Sequence record: DRR378314_461
Length of the DNA stretch: 54,666 nt
Reading direction: 5' to 3' (one strand)
Both the position numbers and the translations under genes were made by a program. Every line of letters starts with the position of its first letter. Position 1 is the stretch's first letter. Positions 1 through 10,935 of this stretch are shown here, one piece after another. The notes beneath the pieces are model-generated. The model worked only from the letters and a program-made list of their open reading frames with translations, was not told the origin of the DNA and did not search any database.

Positions 1-1552
<1,552 letters not shown>

Positions 1553-1598
1553 TAAACTCTCCCAAATAATGAGTTCTAATGAGAATATGAATCTTCCG

Positions 1599-1625
1599 TT
1601 AGCACTCACCCATTGAGAGTGCTAA
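1599..1625. promoter_or_regulatory. CIRCE element (HrcA operator)
   Basis: Perfect TTAGCACTC-N9-GAGTGCTAA upstream of groES. Confidence 0.97.
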
Positions 1626-1638
1626 CAGTGCATTCCCG

Positions 1639-1667
1639 ATGTAGGAGGTGTTGGGATGAGAGTCAAG
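1639..1667 (-). promoter_or_regulatory. RpoH (sigma32)-type promoter of groESL
   Basis: Minus strand CTTGAC-N16-CCTACAT just upstream of CIRCE; resembles alphaproteobacterial RpoH consensus. Confidence 0.7.
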
Positions 1668-1806
1668 AAGTGCGTGCGAAAATTTTTTTAAATTCCAGAA
1701 ATATTTTCACTGGAACAGGGAATCTCTTGGCGAAAAGCGGAAATTCCGATAGAAGACGCCCCAAAGCGGATTGCCTTTTGAGGCCTTTTCGTACCAAATT
1801 CAGTCA

Positions 1807-3597
1807 ATGTCAGTCAAGGTAAGAACCGTGGCCCACTCACTTCTTGATCACCTCAGCATCCGTGTCGGACAAATCTTTGCAAAACTCGATCTAGATCCGG
1901 CATTGGGCAAAGTTGTCGCCTCCCAACGCAAAGAACTGGGACAGTTTCAATGCAATGGCGCACTGGCCGCAGCAAAACAGGCCAAGAAGAACCCACGGGA
2001 AATTGCCCAGAGTGTTCTGGACGAACTTGAAAAAGAGGGAACCTTCCGGGATTTATCCCTGGCAGGCCCGGGATTTATCAACCTGTCCCTGGCCGATGCG
2101 TTTCTCATCCAGCACTTCAATGAACTGGCAGAAGATCCCACCTTTGGCGCCGCCGCCGGTATTACTCCTGAGACCGTCATTCTGGATTATGGCGGGCCAA
2201 ATGTCGCCAAAGCCATGCATGTGGGGCATTTGCGGGCGACGATTATTGGGGAAAGCCTTCGCCGTCTGAACGTCTTTCTGGGCCATCACACCATCAGCGA
2301 TGTTCATTTTGGCGACTGGGGTCTGCCCATGGGACTGCTGATCAAGGAAATCGAACTGGCCCATCCGGACCTGCCGTACTTTAAGGCCGATCAGACAGGA
2401 CCGTACCCCGAAACTTCTCCGGTAAGTGTGGATGAGTTGCAGGTTCTCTATCCGCAAGCCTCCGCCCGGAGTAAGGAAAATCCAGACTTTCTGGAAGCTG
2501 CCCGCCAGGCAACTTTTGATCTTCAGCAGGGCCGGGCTGGCTACAAGGCCCTGTGGCAGCATATGCTGGACATCTCGATCGCGGAAACCAAGGTGGATTT
2601 TGACCTGTTGGGCGCGCATTTCACCGAATGGAAAGGGGAGGCCGATACCAACGACCATATCCCTGCCATGCTGCGCCGATATGCGGATGAAAATCTGTCG
2701 GAAGTGTCGGATGGCGCGACAGTTGTTCGCGTTGCAGAAGACAGCGATAAAAAAGAAATGCCGCCGTTGATCCTGCAAAAATCAGATGGCGCGGTGATGT
2801 ATGGGACAACAGACCTTGCCACCATTGAGCTTCGCGAGCAGGCGCATTCCCCTGACAAGATCCTTTATATTGTCGACGCCCGCCAAAGCCTTCATTTTGA
2901 GCAGGTCTTTCGGGCCGCCCGCAAAGGCCAGAGCATCCGGGCAGAGGTCCATCTGGAACATGTTGGATTTGGCACGGTCAACGGAAAAGACGGCAAACCC
3001 CTGAAAACACGGGATGGCGGCGTTGTCCGGTTAAGGGCGTTAATTGATGATGCCATCACCGAGGCCCGCAAAGCGGTCAATGAAGCGGGAATGGCCGAAA
3101 AATTTTCCGAGCAGGAACTGGATGATATTGCCACCAAGGTTGGGATCGCGGCCATCAAATATGCCGATCTTTCCAATCAGCGCATGTCCAATTATGTGTT
3201 TGACCTGGAACGTTTTACCAAGTTTGAAGGTCGCACGGGCCCATATCAGATGTATGCGGCCGTTCGGATCAAATCCATGCTTCGAAAGGCAGCGGATCAA
3301 AATCTGAGCGCGGGGCCCCTGAAGCTGGTTGCTGATGCAGAACGCAACCTGGTCCTAGCGTTGGCCGCCCTGCCCGAAGCAGCCAAGGGTGCGGCAGAGA
3401 AAAACGCCCCCAATATTCTGTGCGATCATGTCTATACGCTGACCCAGGAATTTAACAGTTTCTATCATGATTGCCATGTTCTGGGAGAGCAGGATGCGGC
3501 AATTCAGGCCTCTCGCCTGACACTCTGCAGCCTGACGTTACGCCAGATTGAAACGGTTCTGCATATTCTGGGAATAGACGTTCCTGATCGGATGTAA
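1807..3597 (+). CDS. argS: Arginine--tRNA ligase
   Basis: DYGGPNVAKAMHVGHLR (HIGH), GDWG, KPLKTRDG, C-terminal DALR domain ending LGIDVPDRM; start could also be GTG 1828. Confidence 0.97.
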   Translation: MSVKVRTVAHSLLDHLSIRVGQIFAKLDLDPALGKVVASQRKELGQFQCNGALAAAKQAKKNPREIAQSVLDELEKEGTFRDLSLAGPGFINLSLADAFLIQHFNELAEDPTFGAAAGITPETVILDYGGPNVAKAMHVGHLRATIIGESLRRLNVFLGHHTISDVHFGDWGLPMGLLIKEIELAHPDLPYFKADQTGPYPETSPVSVDELQVLYPQASARSKENPDFLEAARQATFDLQQGRAGYKALWQHMLDISIAETKVDFDLLGAHFTEWKGEADTNDHIPAMLRRYADENLSEVSDGATVVRVAEDSDKKEMPPLILQKSDGAVMYGTTDLATIELREQAHSPDKILYIVDARQSLHFEQVFRAARKGQSIRAEVHLEHVGFGTVNGKDGKPLKTRDGGVVRLRALIDDAITEARKAVNEAGMAEKFSEQELDDIATKVGIAAIKYADLSNQRMSNYVFDLERFTKFEGRTGPYQMYAAVRIKSMLRKAADQNLSAGPLKLVADAERNLVLALAALPEAAKGAAEKNAPNILCDHVYTLTQEFNSFYHDCHVLGEQDAAIQASRLTLCSLTLRQIETVLHILGIDVPDRM

Positions 3598-3600
3598 CGA

Positions 3601-4488
3601 TCAGGAAAACGCTGTCAGTTTTTCCGGATTTCTAAGACCATAAAAAGCACCTATTTTGCCGTTTTCCAGAAAATCGAACGAGAAAATCTGCAAAACGCCT
3701 TGGTGATCGGTGATCTTCAGCGCCGGAAAATCATTGGAAACTGTCAGTTCAATCTCTGACGCTTCAAACAGCTTGAACTTGACCGCAAGCCCGATCAGGA
3801 AGCGCAAGACCCTCTCTTGTCCGAAGATCGGATTTATCGCCGCCGGCACCTTACCGCCGCCGTCATTATAAAAGATGACATTTTCACTCAATAGGGCGCG
3901 CAGCGGCTCCAGATCACCGGTTGTTCGTGCCGTTTTGAAAACACGCATCAAATTCTCCAGATCCGTCTCCCGTGGTTGATGCCGGACACCTTCTTTTTGA
4001 ATATGCTCACGCGCCCGGGCGGCCAGTTTTCGGCAGGTCGCCGGGGGGCGTTCAATGGTTTCTGCAATCTCGGCAAAGGACACGTCAAACAGGTCATGCA
4101 GTAAATAGGCCGCCCGCTCCAGCGGGGTCAGCCGTTCCAGAACCATCATCAGCGCATAGGAGATATCCTCATGCCCGGGTCTGTTGCCGTCATATTCGCT
4201 CATGCTCCAGTCAGCGATCACCGGTTCGGGCAACCACACCCCCACATACGCCTCCCGCTGGCGGGAGACTTTCTTTAACGCATCCAGGCAAATCCGGGTG
4301 ACAATCTTGGAAAAATAGGCAGTCGGATATTCCAGTTCCGGTTTACCCGCCGCCTGCCAGCGGATCCAGGCTTCCTGAACTGCATCCTCCGCCTCTGCGA
4401 CGGTCCCCAGCATGCGATAGGCAAGCCGGTAAAGCTTGCCCTGCACGTCCAGAAAGACGGTATCCTCTTGATCGGGTTCAGCTGGCAA
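3601..4488 (-). CDS. sigJ: ECF41-group RNA polymerase sigma factor (SigJ-like) with SnoaL-like C-terminal extension
   Basis: AYRMLG..AEDAVQEAW, YVGVWLPEP and DGGGKVPAA..P motifs; TTG start at 4488 behind AGGA SD, overlapping the upstream gene. Confidence 0.9.
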   Translation of the reverse strand: MPAEPDQEDTVFLDVQGKLYRLAYRMLGTVAEAEDAVQEAWIRWQAAGKPELEYPTAYFSKIVTRICLDALKKVSRQREAYVGVWLPEPVIADWSMSEYDGNRPGHEDISYALMMVLERLTPLERAAYLLHDLFDVSFAEIAETIERPPATCRKLAARAREHIQKEGVRHQPRETDLENLMRVFKTARTTGDLEPLRALLSENVIFYNDGGGKVPAAINPIFGQERVLRFLIGLAVKFKLFEASEIELTVSNDFPALKITDHQGVLQIFSFDFLENGKIGAFYGLRNPEKLTAFS

Positions 4489-5014
4489 GAGACATTTCCT
4501 CCAGCAGAACCGAAACCGGAGAACAGGTCTTGGCGATCCCCAGCCCTTTTTTGAGCAGCGGATAGAATTGCCCAAACACAACCGCCAGGGACGCATCCCA
4601 CAGGCCACGCTTGCCAAATTCGATTTCAATCTCGCGGGTCAATTCTTCAACTTCCAGGCTATCGTTCAAAACGGCTGTTGCATAGGCCCAGCCCAATTGA
4701 ATATAGCGGGATGCGCCGTCCATATCACCTGTTAACAAGCGTTTCAGATCCTCCTTGGAAATGCCTGACCGTTCGGCCATGGTCAGGGTTAGTTTCAAAC
4801 AGGGTCCGCAGTCACCGATTTGCATGGATCTGACCTTGATTGCGTAATAGAGGTCCAGCGGAAGGTGTCCATTATGGTTGGCAAGCGGCATGGACTTTAC
4901 ATAATAAGCCGCTTTTTCAGGGTAAATCTCTGCCAGTTCTTCCATATAGCTCATGTCGTAATTAAACTCCGCGCCAAAATCCCGGAACTTCTTTTTATAG
5001 ATATGTTTCATCAT
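4478..5014 (-). CDS. AhpD/carboxymuconolactone decarboxylase-like protein (CxxC)
   Basis: DCGPC motif in helical context; typical position of an ECF41 partner gene. Confidence 0.65.
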   Translation of the reverse strand: MMKHIYKKKFRDFGAEFNYDMSYMEELAEIYPEKAAYYVKSMPLANHNGHLPLDLYYAIKVRSMQIGDCGPCLKLTLTMAERSGISKEDLKRLLTGDMDGASRYIQLGWAYATAVLNDSLEVEELTREIEIEFGKRGLWDASLAVVFGQFYPLLKKGLGIAKTCSPVSVLLEEMSLAS

Positions 5015-5039
5015 GATTAGATTTCCTTTCTCCTATAAG

Positions 5040-5066
5040 GACGAGACAGAAATCGGCAAAGTGACA
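5040..5066 (-). promoter_or_regulatory. ECF41-type promoter
   Basis: Minus strand TGTCACT-N16-CGTC versus ECF41 consensus TGTCACA-N16-CGTC, about 25 nt before the AhpD-like start. Confidence 0.85.
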
Positions 5067-5072
5067 TGGTCC

Positions 5073-5104
5073 AAAAAAAAGCGGCCCCAAAGGACCGCTT
5101 TTTT
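5073..5104. terminator. Rho-independent terminator downstream of ggt
   Basis: A8-GCGGcCC-caaa-GGaCCGC-T6 hairpin with A/T tracts on both sides. Confidence 0.75.
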
Positions 5105-5127
5105 GTACCGACATATTTTTCATTCAA

Positions 5128-6717
5128 TCAGTAGGCCAGCGCGTGCCCGTCTTTTCGGGATTCTGTTCCCGCCGCCAGCACGCCATTTTCATGATCAATC
5201 ATGATCATCTGACCGCCCCCATGGGGCATTTCAGGGCTCGTAATTTCATACCCCATATCGTTCAATTCCTGACGAACGGCGGGGCTGATTGTCTCCTCCA
5301 GCTCCAACACGCCCGCGTTATAAAAGGCGCGCGGACAATCAATGGCTTCCTGAACATCCATGCCATAGTCCATCAGGTTGGAGAGCACATGGGCATGCCC
5401 GACGGGCTGATACCCACCGCCCATTACGCCATAGCAATGCGTTGCCCGATCGCCTTTACTGACCATCCCTGGAATAATGGTGTGCAGGGGGCGCTTGTTC
5501 GGGGCGACACAATTGCGGTGCTCTTTATCCACCACAAAGCCCGCGCCGCGATTTTGGAAAATCACGCCCGTATCCGGACAGGCAATGCCCGATCCAAACG
5601 GATGGAACAGGGAATTGATGAAAGACACAGCAGTGCCATCCTTATCCACTACGGAAAGATACACGGTGTCTTTATGTTTATCGAACGCACCGGCCCCCGC
5701 TGGATCGCCCGCTTTGCCAATTTCAATATGGCTGCGCAGATGATCTGCAAATTCCGGGGATAACAGCATTTCAACGGGAACATTTGCAGCCCCCATGTCA
5801 GCCACATAAATATCGCGAGCCAGATAGGCAAGGCGGGCCGCCTCTGCCTGCAGGTGAAGGCGCTGCGCACCCACCGGATCAAGCCCGTCGACATCAAAGC
5901 CTTTCAAAATGTTCAGCATGATCAAGGCGGTGATGCCCTGCCCGTTTGGCGGGATCTGATGCACGTCATGGCCGTGGAAATCCGTCGAAATCAGATCCAC
6001 GAAATCAGCTTCGGTATGACCAAAATCTTCCAACTGATGGGTGGCGCCCGCAGCGTTCAGGGTTGCCACCATTTTCTCCGCCAGTTCGCCTTCATAAAAG
6101 GCTGCCCGGCCTTTTTTGGCGATGGCTTTCAAGGTTGCGGCCAGTTTGGGCAGTCGCCAAACCGTTCCGGCACCGGGTGCTTTTCCGTCTTTCAAAAACA
6201 GGCTGGACGCGGCGGCGTTGGCACTGAGTTTCTCTTCGGTCAGCTTCCAGTCCACAGAGGTTCGCTGGGACACCGGATATCCGTTTTCAGCTGCCGCAAT
6301 CGCCGGCGCCAGAATATCGGCAAAATCCATGGAGCCATATTTGCCATGCAACGTCACCCAGGCATCAATAGCGCCTGGAACTGTGACCGCATGGGGGCTG
6401 GTCAATTCAATTTCAGAAATTCCCTGATCCAGAAGCAGATCAGCCGTCAGCGCCGAGGGGGCCCGGCCGGAGCCGTTCAGGCCTTCAATTTTTCCGGATC
6501 CTTTAGGGGCGATCAGCGCAAAGCAGTCACCGCCGATCCCGGTTTGCATGGGATCCACAACACATTGAACGGCACAGGCGGCGATGGCGGCATCCATGGC
6601 GTTACCGCCGTTTTTCAGAATTCCCAGACCCACCTGAGAGGCAAAAGCACTGGAAGTTGCAATGGCACCGTTAAGGCCATAGGTGACAGATCGACCGGGA
6701 TAGAAGAAATTACGCAA
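5128..6717 (-). CDS. ggt: Gamma-glutamyltransferase family protein
   Basis: GGNAMDAAIA, GIGGDCF, TVPGA, catalytic Thr in DTVYLSVVD, PNKRPLHTIIP, GVMGG. Confidence 0.95.
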   Translation of the reverse strand: MRNFFYPGRSVTYGLNGAIATSSAFASQVGLGILKNGGNAMDAAIAACAVQCVVDPMQTGIGGDCFALIAPKGSGKIEGLNGSGRAPSALTADLLLDQGISEIELTSPHAVTVPGAIDAWVTLHGKYGSMDFADILAPAIAAAENGYPVSQRTSVDWKLTEEKLSANAAASSLFLKDGKAPGAGTVWRLPKLAATLKAIAKKGRAAFYEGELAEKMVATLNAAGATHQLEDFGHTEADFVDLISTDFHGHDVHQIPPNGQGITALIMLNILKGFDVDGLDPVGAQRLHLQAEAARLAYLARDIYVADMGAANVPVEMLLSPEFADHLRSHIEIGKAGDPAGAGAFDKHKDTVYLSVVDKDGTAVSFINSLFHPFGSGIACPDTGVIFQNRGAGFVVDKEHRNCVAPNKRPLHTIIPGMVSKGDRATHCYGVMGGGYQPVGHAHVLSNLMDYGMDVQEAIDCPRAFYNAGVLELEETISPAVRQELNDMGYEITSPEMPHGGGQMIMIDHENGVLAAGTESRKDGHALAY

Positions 6718-6816
6718 GACTTACCTACCTGTTGAAAATACAATTATGACATCGTAATCCCACGGCGCAGTTGCGCAAACCTCTTTTATGACATTTTCAC
6801 CATTCGGCAAAAAGAT

Positions 6817-7038
6817 CTACCAAAGACGGACAATCACATATTTGGTAAATGCATCATCTACGTTCATTTGGCTGGCGGCCCGCCAGGCACTGACGGCCTC
6901 GCTATGGCTTGCAAAGAACCCTTTCATGTCAATGGCATTAGGGTCTACAAATTCCCGCCCGCGCGTATCGGTCACTTTTCCGCCGAATACTGCGAATAGT
7001 TCTTTATCATTGGCTGTCGCCGCATCTACATCAGTCAT
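6817..7038 (-). CDS. DUF4170-like small protein
   Basis: VFGG...F.D...ID..GFF..H.EA..AWRA.SQ..VDDA..KY.IVRL pattern recalled from the alphaproteobacterial DUF4170 family. Confidence 0.75.
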   Translation of the reverse strand: MTDVDAATANDKELFAVFGGKVTDTRGREFVDPNAIDMKGFFASHSEAVSAWRAASQMNVDDAFTKYVIVRLW

Positions 7039-7177
7039 ATCTAATGCTCATAATTACAAAATTTCAGTCCTCGAACCAGCGCCCGCAAGTCCACCACAAA
7101 TAGATTAATTTATTATTATGAGTTTCGGTGATTTGTAAGGATAACGCTGGGGCAATGCAAGCGATTTCAAAAAGCTT

Positions 7178-7756
7178 TTATTCTCTGGCAGCGAACGCCC
7201 CAAACGACAGCACCGCACCCGCCAGTAACGCGTGATAGACGTTGAGGTTGTTAAACTGGAACAGGGTGGCAATCCAGTTACTGCCAAGACCGGCAGCCAG
7301 CAAAAAGAGAACCCCCACGAACAGGAAAATTCCCGATTTTGGATACACAAACACCTGATAAAGGGCACAGACTGACAGAACCCCAACGACCCCATACTGA
7401 ATTTCTTGACTGATCCGCCAGCTATCGGTCAACAGGACACCGGTCAGGACGACGATCAGGATCAGGACAATCCACCAGCCGAATTTATGAAACTGAGGTG
7501 CGAAAATACCGCCGACAGCCGCAACAGCAAAACTGACGATGCCAATCGAGCCTGCAAAAGACGAGAATAACTTATGATGGGACCCAAGCCCGGTGATGCC
7601 AGCATAGACACCCGCCCCCAATAAGGCAGACACGCCAATCGCCAGAATGCCAAAGGCCCAGGTCAAATTCATGGGAAAATACGTCCGGCGGGCAAGGAAA
7701 AGGGCCACCAGAGAACTGACAACAAGAATTATTTCGAAGATTACCAAACTGCTCAT
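7178..7756 (-). CDS. Hypothetical multi-pass membrane protein
   Basis: 192 aa with about 6-7 hydrophobic segments; fills the gap between neighbouring genes. Confidence 0.75.
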   Translation of the reverse strand: MSSLVIFEIILVVSSLVALFLARRTYFPMNLTWAFGILAIGVSALLGAGVYAGITGLGSHHKLFSSFAGSIGIVSFAVAAVGGIFAPQFHKFGWWIVLILIVVLTGVLLTDSWRISQEIQYGVVGVLSVCALYQVFVYPKSGIFLFVGVLFLLAAGLGSNWIATLFQFNNLNVYHALLAGAVLSFGAFAARE

Positions 7757-7908
7757 GGCAGTAGTTTTAAAGTCAAAATTTAAATCTGTCTAATAATGAA
7801 AAGCTGAAATAATCATGATAAAGCTCACACCTGCATATGTTTTTCATGGTCATCAAAAAAAATACACGTATTTTAAGCGCGCCTAATTTATGAGGGAACG
7901 GCAATTCA

Positions 7909-9714
7909 GTGAATAATAAATTACATAAACGTCGCGCGTCCATCGGACTGGTTCTGGCGTTAAGTTTCGGGTCTCTGGTTTTCGTGGCCGTTGTGGCCGT
8001 GCTGCTGATCAGCCTTTATTCCGGCTTGACCAATACCCGTGAATTGCTGATCAACAATTCAACGAACCAGCTTGCTGGTATTCGCCGGAATATCACTGGC
8101 CTTCTGGATCCCATGGAAAACAGGGCGATGGACATTGCCCAGATGATTTATGACGGGGATATCGATCCCAATGACGACGCCAGTTTCATCCGGGCCCTGA
8201 AAACCGCCCTTGTCGGCGCCAATGGGGTTGTGCAGCTGGGGTTCTTCTACGCCGATCAGCGGATCACATTTATCGATCATAAAACAGGCGCCATCAAACA
8301 AGATGTGTTCAAGGACAATGCGCTCAGCAACCGGGAACTGAAACGGCTCAAAGCTTCGAAAACGGGATCCTGGGGGCCGCTGGTTTATGTACCGGATTTG
8401 AAGACCACCATCATGACCTACCGCCAACCGGTGAATAAAGACGGTCAGTTCATCGGCGTTGTGGTCATCAGCATCCCAACCTCATTGGTTAGCAACGCCG
8501 TAAAATCAAGCGATGTGGGAATTGAGGCCGGCCGGTTTGTTCTGTATGGCAAAGACCATGTTCTCTCGCAGGAGGGCTTCCAGGTGACCGCAACCAAAGT
8601 CACTGTCGGAGAGGTTACGCCAAAGCTGAGCGAAATTGATGATCCCATTTTATCGACAATCTGGAGTGCGCCGCGCACACCCTTTCGCCTGTTTAAGGGG
8701 GGTGACGATTTTGATGGCCATTTCACCGATGTCAATGACCGCCGCTATCAGTTTGTCTACACAACACTGGAGGGATATACGGATGAGCCCCTCTATATCG
8801 GCTACCAGCTTCCGTTTGAGGATGCCGTCAAACAACTCACCCGGTTGGCATCTGCGGGCCTGACGGGTTTGCTGATCCTGGTCATCAGTGTTTTTCTGGC
8901 GTTTTTCGTGGGTCGGAAAATTGCCCAGCCCATCCGTTCCCTATCCCAGGCATCACAGCAAATTTCCAAACTGGATTTTAGCACGGTTGGGCAACTTTCC
9001 GGCAGCCGTTTAAGAGAGCTCGACGATGCGGCGGCGGCCTATAACACCATGCTGCGCGGCCTGACCTGGTTTGAAAACTACGTTCCCAAAAGTCTGGTCA
9101 AAAAACTGATGATCTCGGGGGATGCGCATTCCGAGACACGCTCTGTCACCGTCATGTTCACGGATATTGTCAATTTCACGCCGATGGCCGAAAGCATGAC
9201 CTCTGAGGAGGTGGCAAATTTGCTGAACGAGCATTTTGAAATTCTGGCAAACTGTATCGAGCAGCAGGGCGGTACGCTGGATAAATATATCGGTGATGCC
9301 GTGATGGCTTTCTGGGGCGCGCCTGATTTTCAATTGGACCACCCGGTCCGCGCCTGCCGGACGGCCATTGCCATTCGCGCGGCCATTCGCACCGAAAACA
9401 AGCGCCGTGAACAATCTGGCAAACCGCCGATCCACATCCGCATTGGCATCCATACCGGCCGTCTGGTGGTTGGCAATATCGGCTCCTCCGGACGGCTCAA
9501 TTACACGGTTGTTGGCGACACCGTAAATGTCGCCCAACGGATTGAGCAAATGGGTAAATCCCTGTCTGAGGGATCTGAGGAGGATGTGGTGATGCTGGTC
9601 TCCGAACAAATTGCCAAAGAAGTCAAAGACCAGATCAAGGTTGAGCCGGTCGGTGAATTCGCGGTCAAGGGCCGGGATACCAAAATCTCGCTCTACAGCC
9701 TGGGCGAGACGTAA
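7909..9714 (+). CDS. Membrane-bound class III adenylate/guanylate cyclase (periplasmic sensor, HAMP, catalytic domain)
   Basis: Two TMs, HAMP (PIRSL...ELDDAAAAYNTM), VMFTDIVNFT, DKYIGDAVMA, YTVVGDTVNVAQRIE; Lys suggests ATP specificity. Confidence 0.92.
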   Translation: MNNKLHKRRASIGLVLALSFGSLVFVAVVAVLLISLYSGLTNTRELLINNSTNQLAGIRRNITGLLDPMENRAMDIAQMIYDGDIDPNDDASFIRALKTALVGANGVVQLGFFYADQRITFIDHKTGAIKQDVFKDNALSNRELKRLKASKTGSWGPLVYVPDLKTTIMTYRQPVNKDGQFIGVVVISIPTSLVSNAVKSSDVGIEAGRFVLYGKDHVLSQEGFQVTATKVTVGEVTPKLSEIDDPILSTIWSAPRTPFRLFKGGDDFDGHFTDVNDRRYQFVYTTLEGYTDEPLYIGYQLPFEDAVKQLTRLASAGLTGLLILVISVFLAFFVGRKIAQPIRSLSQASQQISKLDFSTVGQLSGSRLRELDDAAAAYNTMLRGLTWFENYVPKSLVKKLMISGDAHSETRSVTVMFTDIVNFTPMAESMTSEEVANLLNEHFEILANCIEQQGGTLDKYIGDAVMAFWGAPDFQLDHPVRACRTAIAIRAAIRTENKRREQSGKPPIHIRIGIHTGRLVVGNIGSSGRLNYTVVGDTVNVAQRIEQMGKSLSEGSEEDVVMLVSEQIAKEVKDQIKVEPVGEFAVKGRDTKISLYSLGET

Positions 9715-9717
9715 CCG

Positions 9718-10536
9718 TCAGGCTGGCTGATAGTACGGATTTGTACCGCCCGCATGATCCGTGACGTCCAGAACTTCCTTGATTTTGGGAACCTGGGTCA
9801 TGATTTCCTTGGCGACACCCTGCTTCAAGGTCACGTCGGCCATGCCGCACCCCTGGCAACCGCCTTCCAGACGAACAAAGACTTTTTCGTCCTGCACATC
9901 CACAAGGGTAATATGTCCGCCATGCGCCGCGATGGAGGGATTGATCCGCTCATGCAGCAGATTTCGGATCGTCACTCCGTCTTCGGACTGCAAGCCCGGC
10001 CGCGGCAAGGCTTCCCGGTGGTCAATAACAGCTTTGATTTCCGGCACGTAATGACGCAGCATATTGGTAATGCCGGTCACCATGGAAAAAGCTGACCCCT
10101 GCATTTTCAGATACAGATTGCCATCCTTGTAACTATGAAAAGCGACATCGCCGCCAGATTGGGTGACAGCGGGAACGATCCGCGTCTCCAGCAGATCTTT
10201 GACCTGTTCCACAATTTCGGCGTCGAAATCATCGCCAGCACCACTCTCTTGCGTGATTAAGACAGGGTCTTCGGACTGAAAATGACTAACAATTGCAGAG
10301 AAAATCTCCGTCCGCAGGTCATCCCATTCCTGTGCCTCTGTCCGGCGCAGCAAAATACTCTCTGGCATCAGGGTGACGGATTGAATACCCTCAACCTCAT
10401 AAAGCCGGGCGGCAAGCGGTGACTGATCAGAGGCGGTCTCTTTCGCGATCTCAAGAGGATCCGAGTTCAAAACCGCCTGACCTGGGAAAAATTCCATTTC
10501 GGTAGGCAAATCGCCTAATTTGGTTTGAATGAACAT
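9718..10536 (-). CDS. NifU/Nfu-family Fe-S carrier (Nfu_N + degenerate NifU + intact NfuA-type NifU domain)
   Basis: MFIQT...SPLAARL (Nfu_N); RIVPAVTQSGGDV without CxxC; RINPSIAAHGG...GGCQGCGMADVTLKQG...DVTDHAGGTNPYY. Confidence 0.88.
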   Translation of the reverse strand: MFIQTKLGDLPTEMEFFPGQAVLNSDPLEIAKETASDQSPLAARLYEVEGIQSVTLMPESILLRRTEAQEWDDLRTEIFSAIVSHFQSEDPVLITQESGAGDDFDAEIVEQVKDLLETRIVPAVTQSGGDVAFHSYKDGNLYLKMQGSAFSMVTGITNMLRHYVPEIKAVIDHREALPRPGLQSEDGVTIRNLLHERINPSIAAHGGHITLVDVQDEKVFVRLEGGCQGCGMADVTLKQGVAKEIMTQVPKIKEVLDVTDHAGGTNPYYQPA

Positions 10537-10874
10537 ATGCTCTTCTCAACTTTCCATCTTACCGATCGTGTTACGCCCCGCAGGTGTGTCCTGCTCATAC
10601 CCGTTACATAGTGATTATAACATCAAAAATGGAGGGGTATCTTGCCAATTTTTGTGACCTCGGACAAATCACCGCGATAAACAGGCGCTCTAAAGCGCGT
10701 GCCCGGCGGCGGGACAACCCGGAAAAAGGCGCTTATACGCCAATTTTCGATGCCGAACCTCCAGTGTATCATTTTACCGCTCTAACCGAAAGCGCTAGGC
10801 CTTTTGACTGAATCAATTTGACAACACCATGCCCGAATAGTTGCAGAGTAAACCCATAAAACGATTCGCAAATG

Positions 10875-10890
10875 GTTAATTTTTTGTTAA
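10875..10890. promoter_or_regulatory. CtrA-type binding site upstream of the diguanylate cyclase
   Basis: GTTAA-ttttttg-TTAA, i.e. TTAA-N7-TTAAC on the minus strand. Confidence 0.6.
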
Positions 10891-10935
10891 TGAGCAGAAT
10901 ATAAAAATAATTTAGGTACGGGTTTGGAAATACTG

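Noticed and set aside
4489..4629. N-terminal extension of the sigma factor in the ORF track
   Set aside because: Overlaps the AhpD-like gene; TTG 4488 with an SD gives a normal ECF41 length
10584..10811. 75-aa ORF in the nfu/DGC intergenic region
   Set aside because: No clear SD and no protein-like features; probably promoter DNA
10804..10816. TTGAC-tga-ATCAA resembling an FNR box
   Set aside because: Spacer is 3 nt rather than 4
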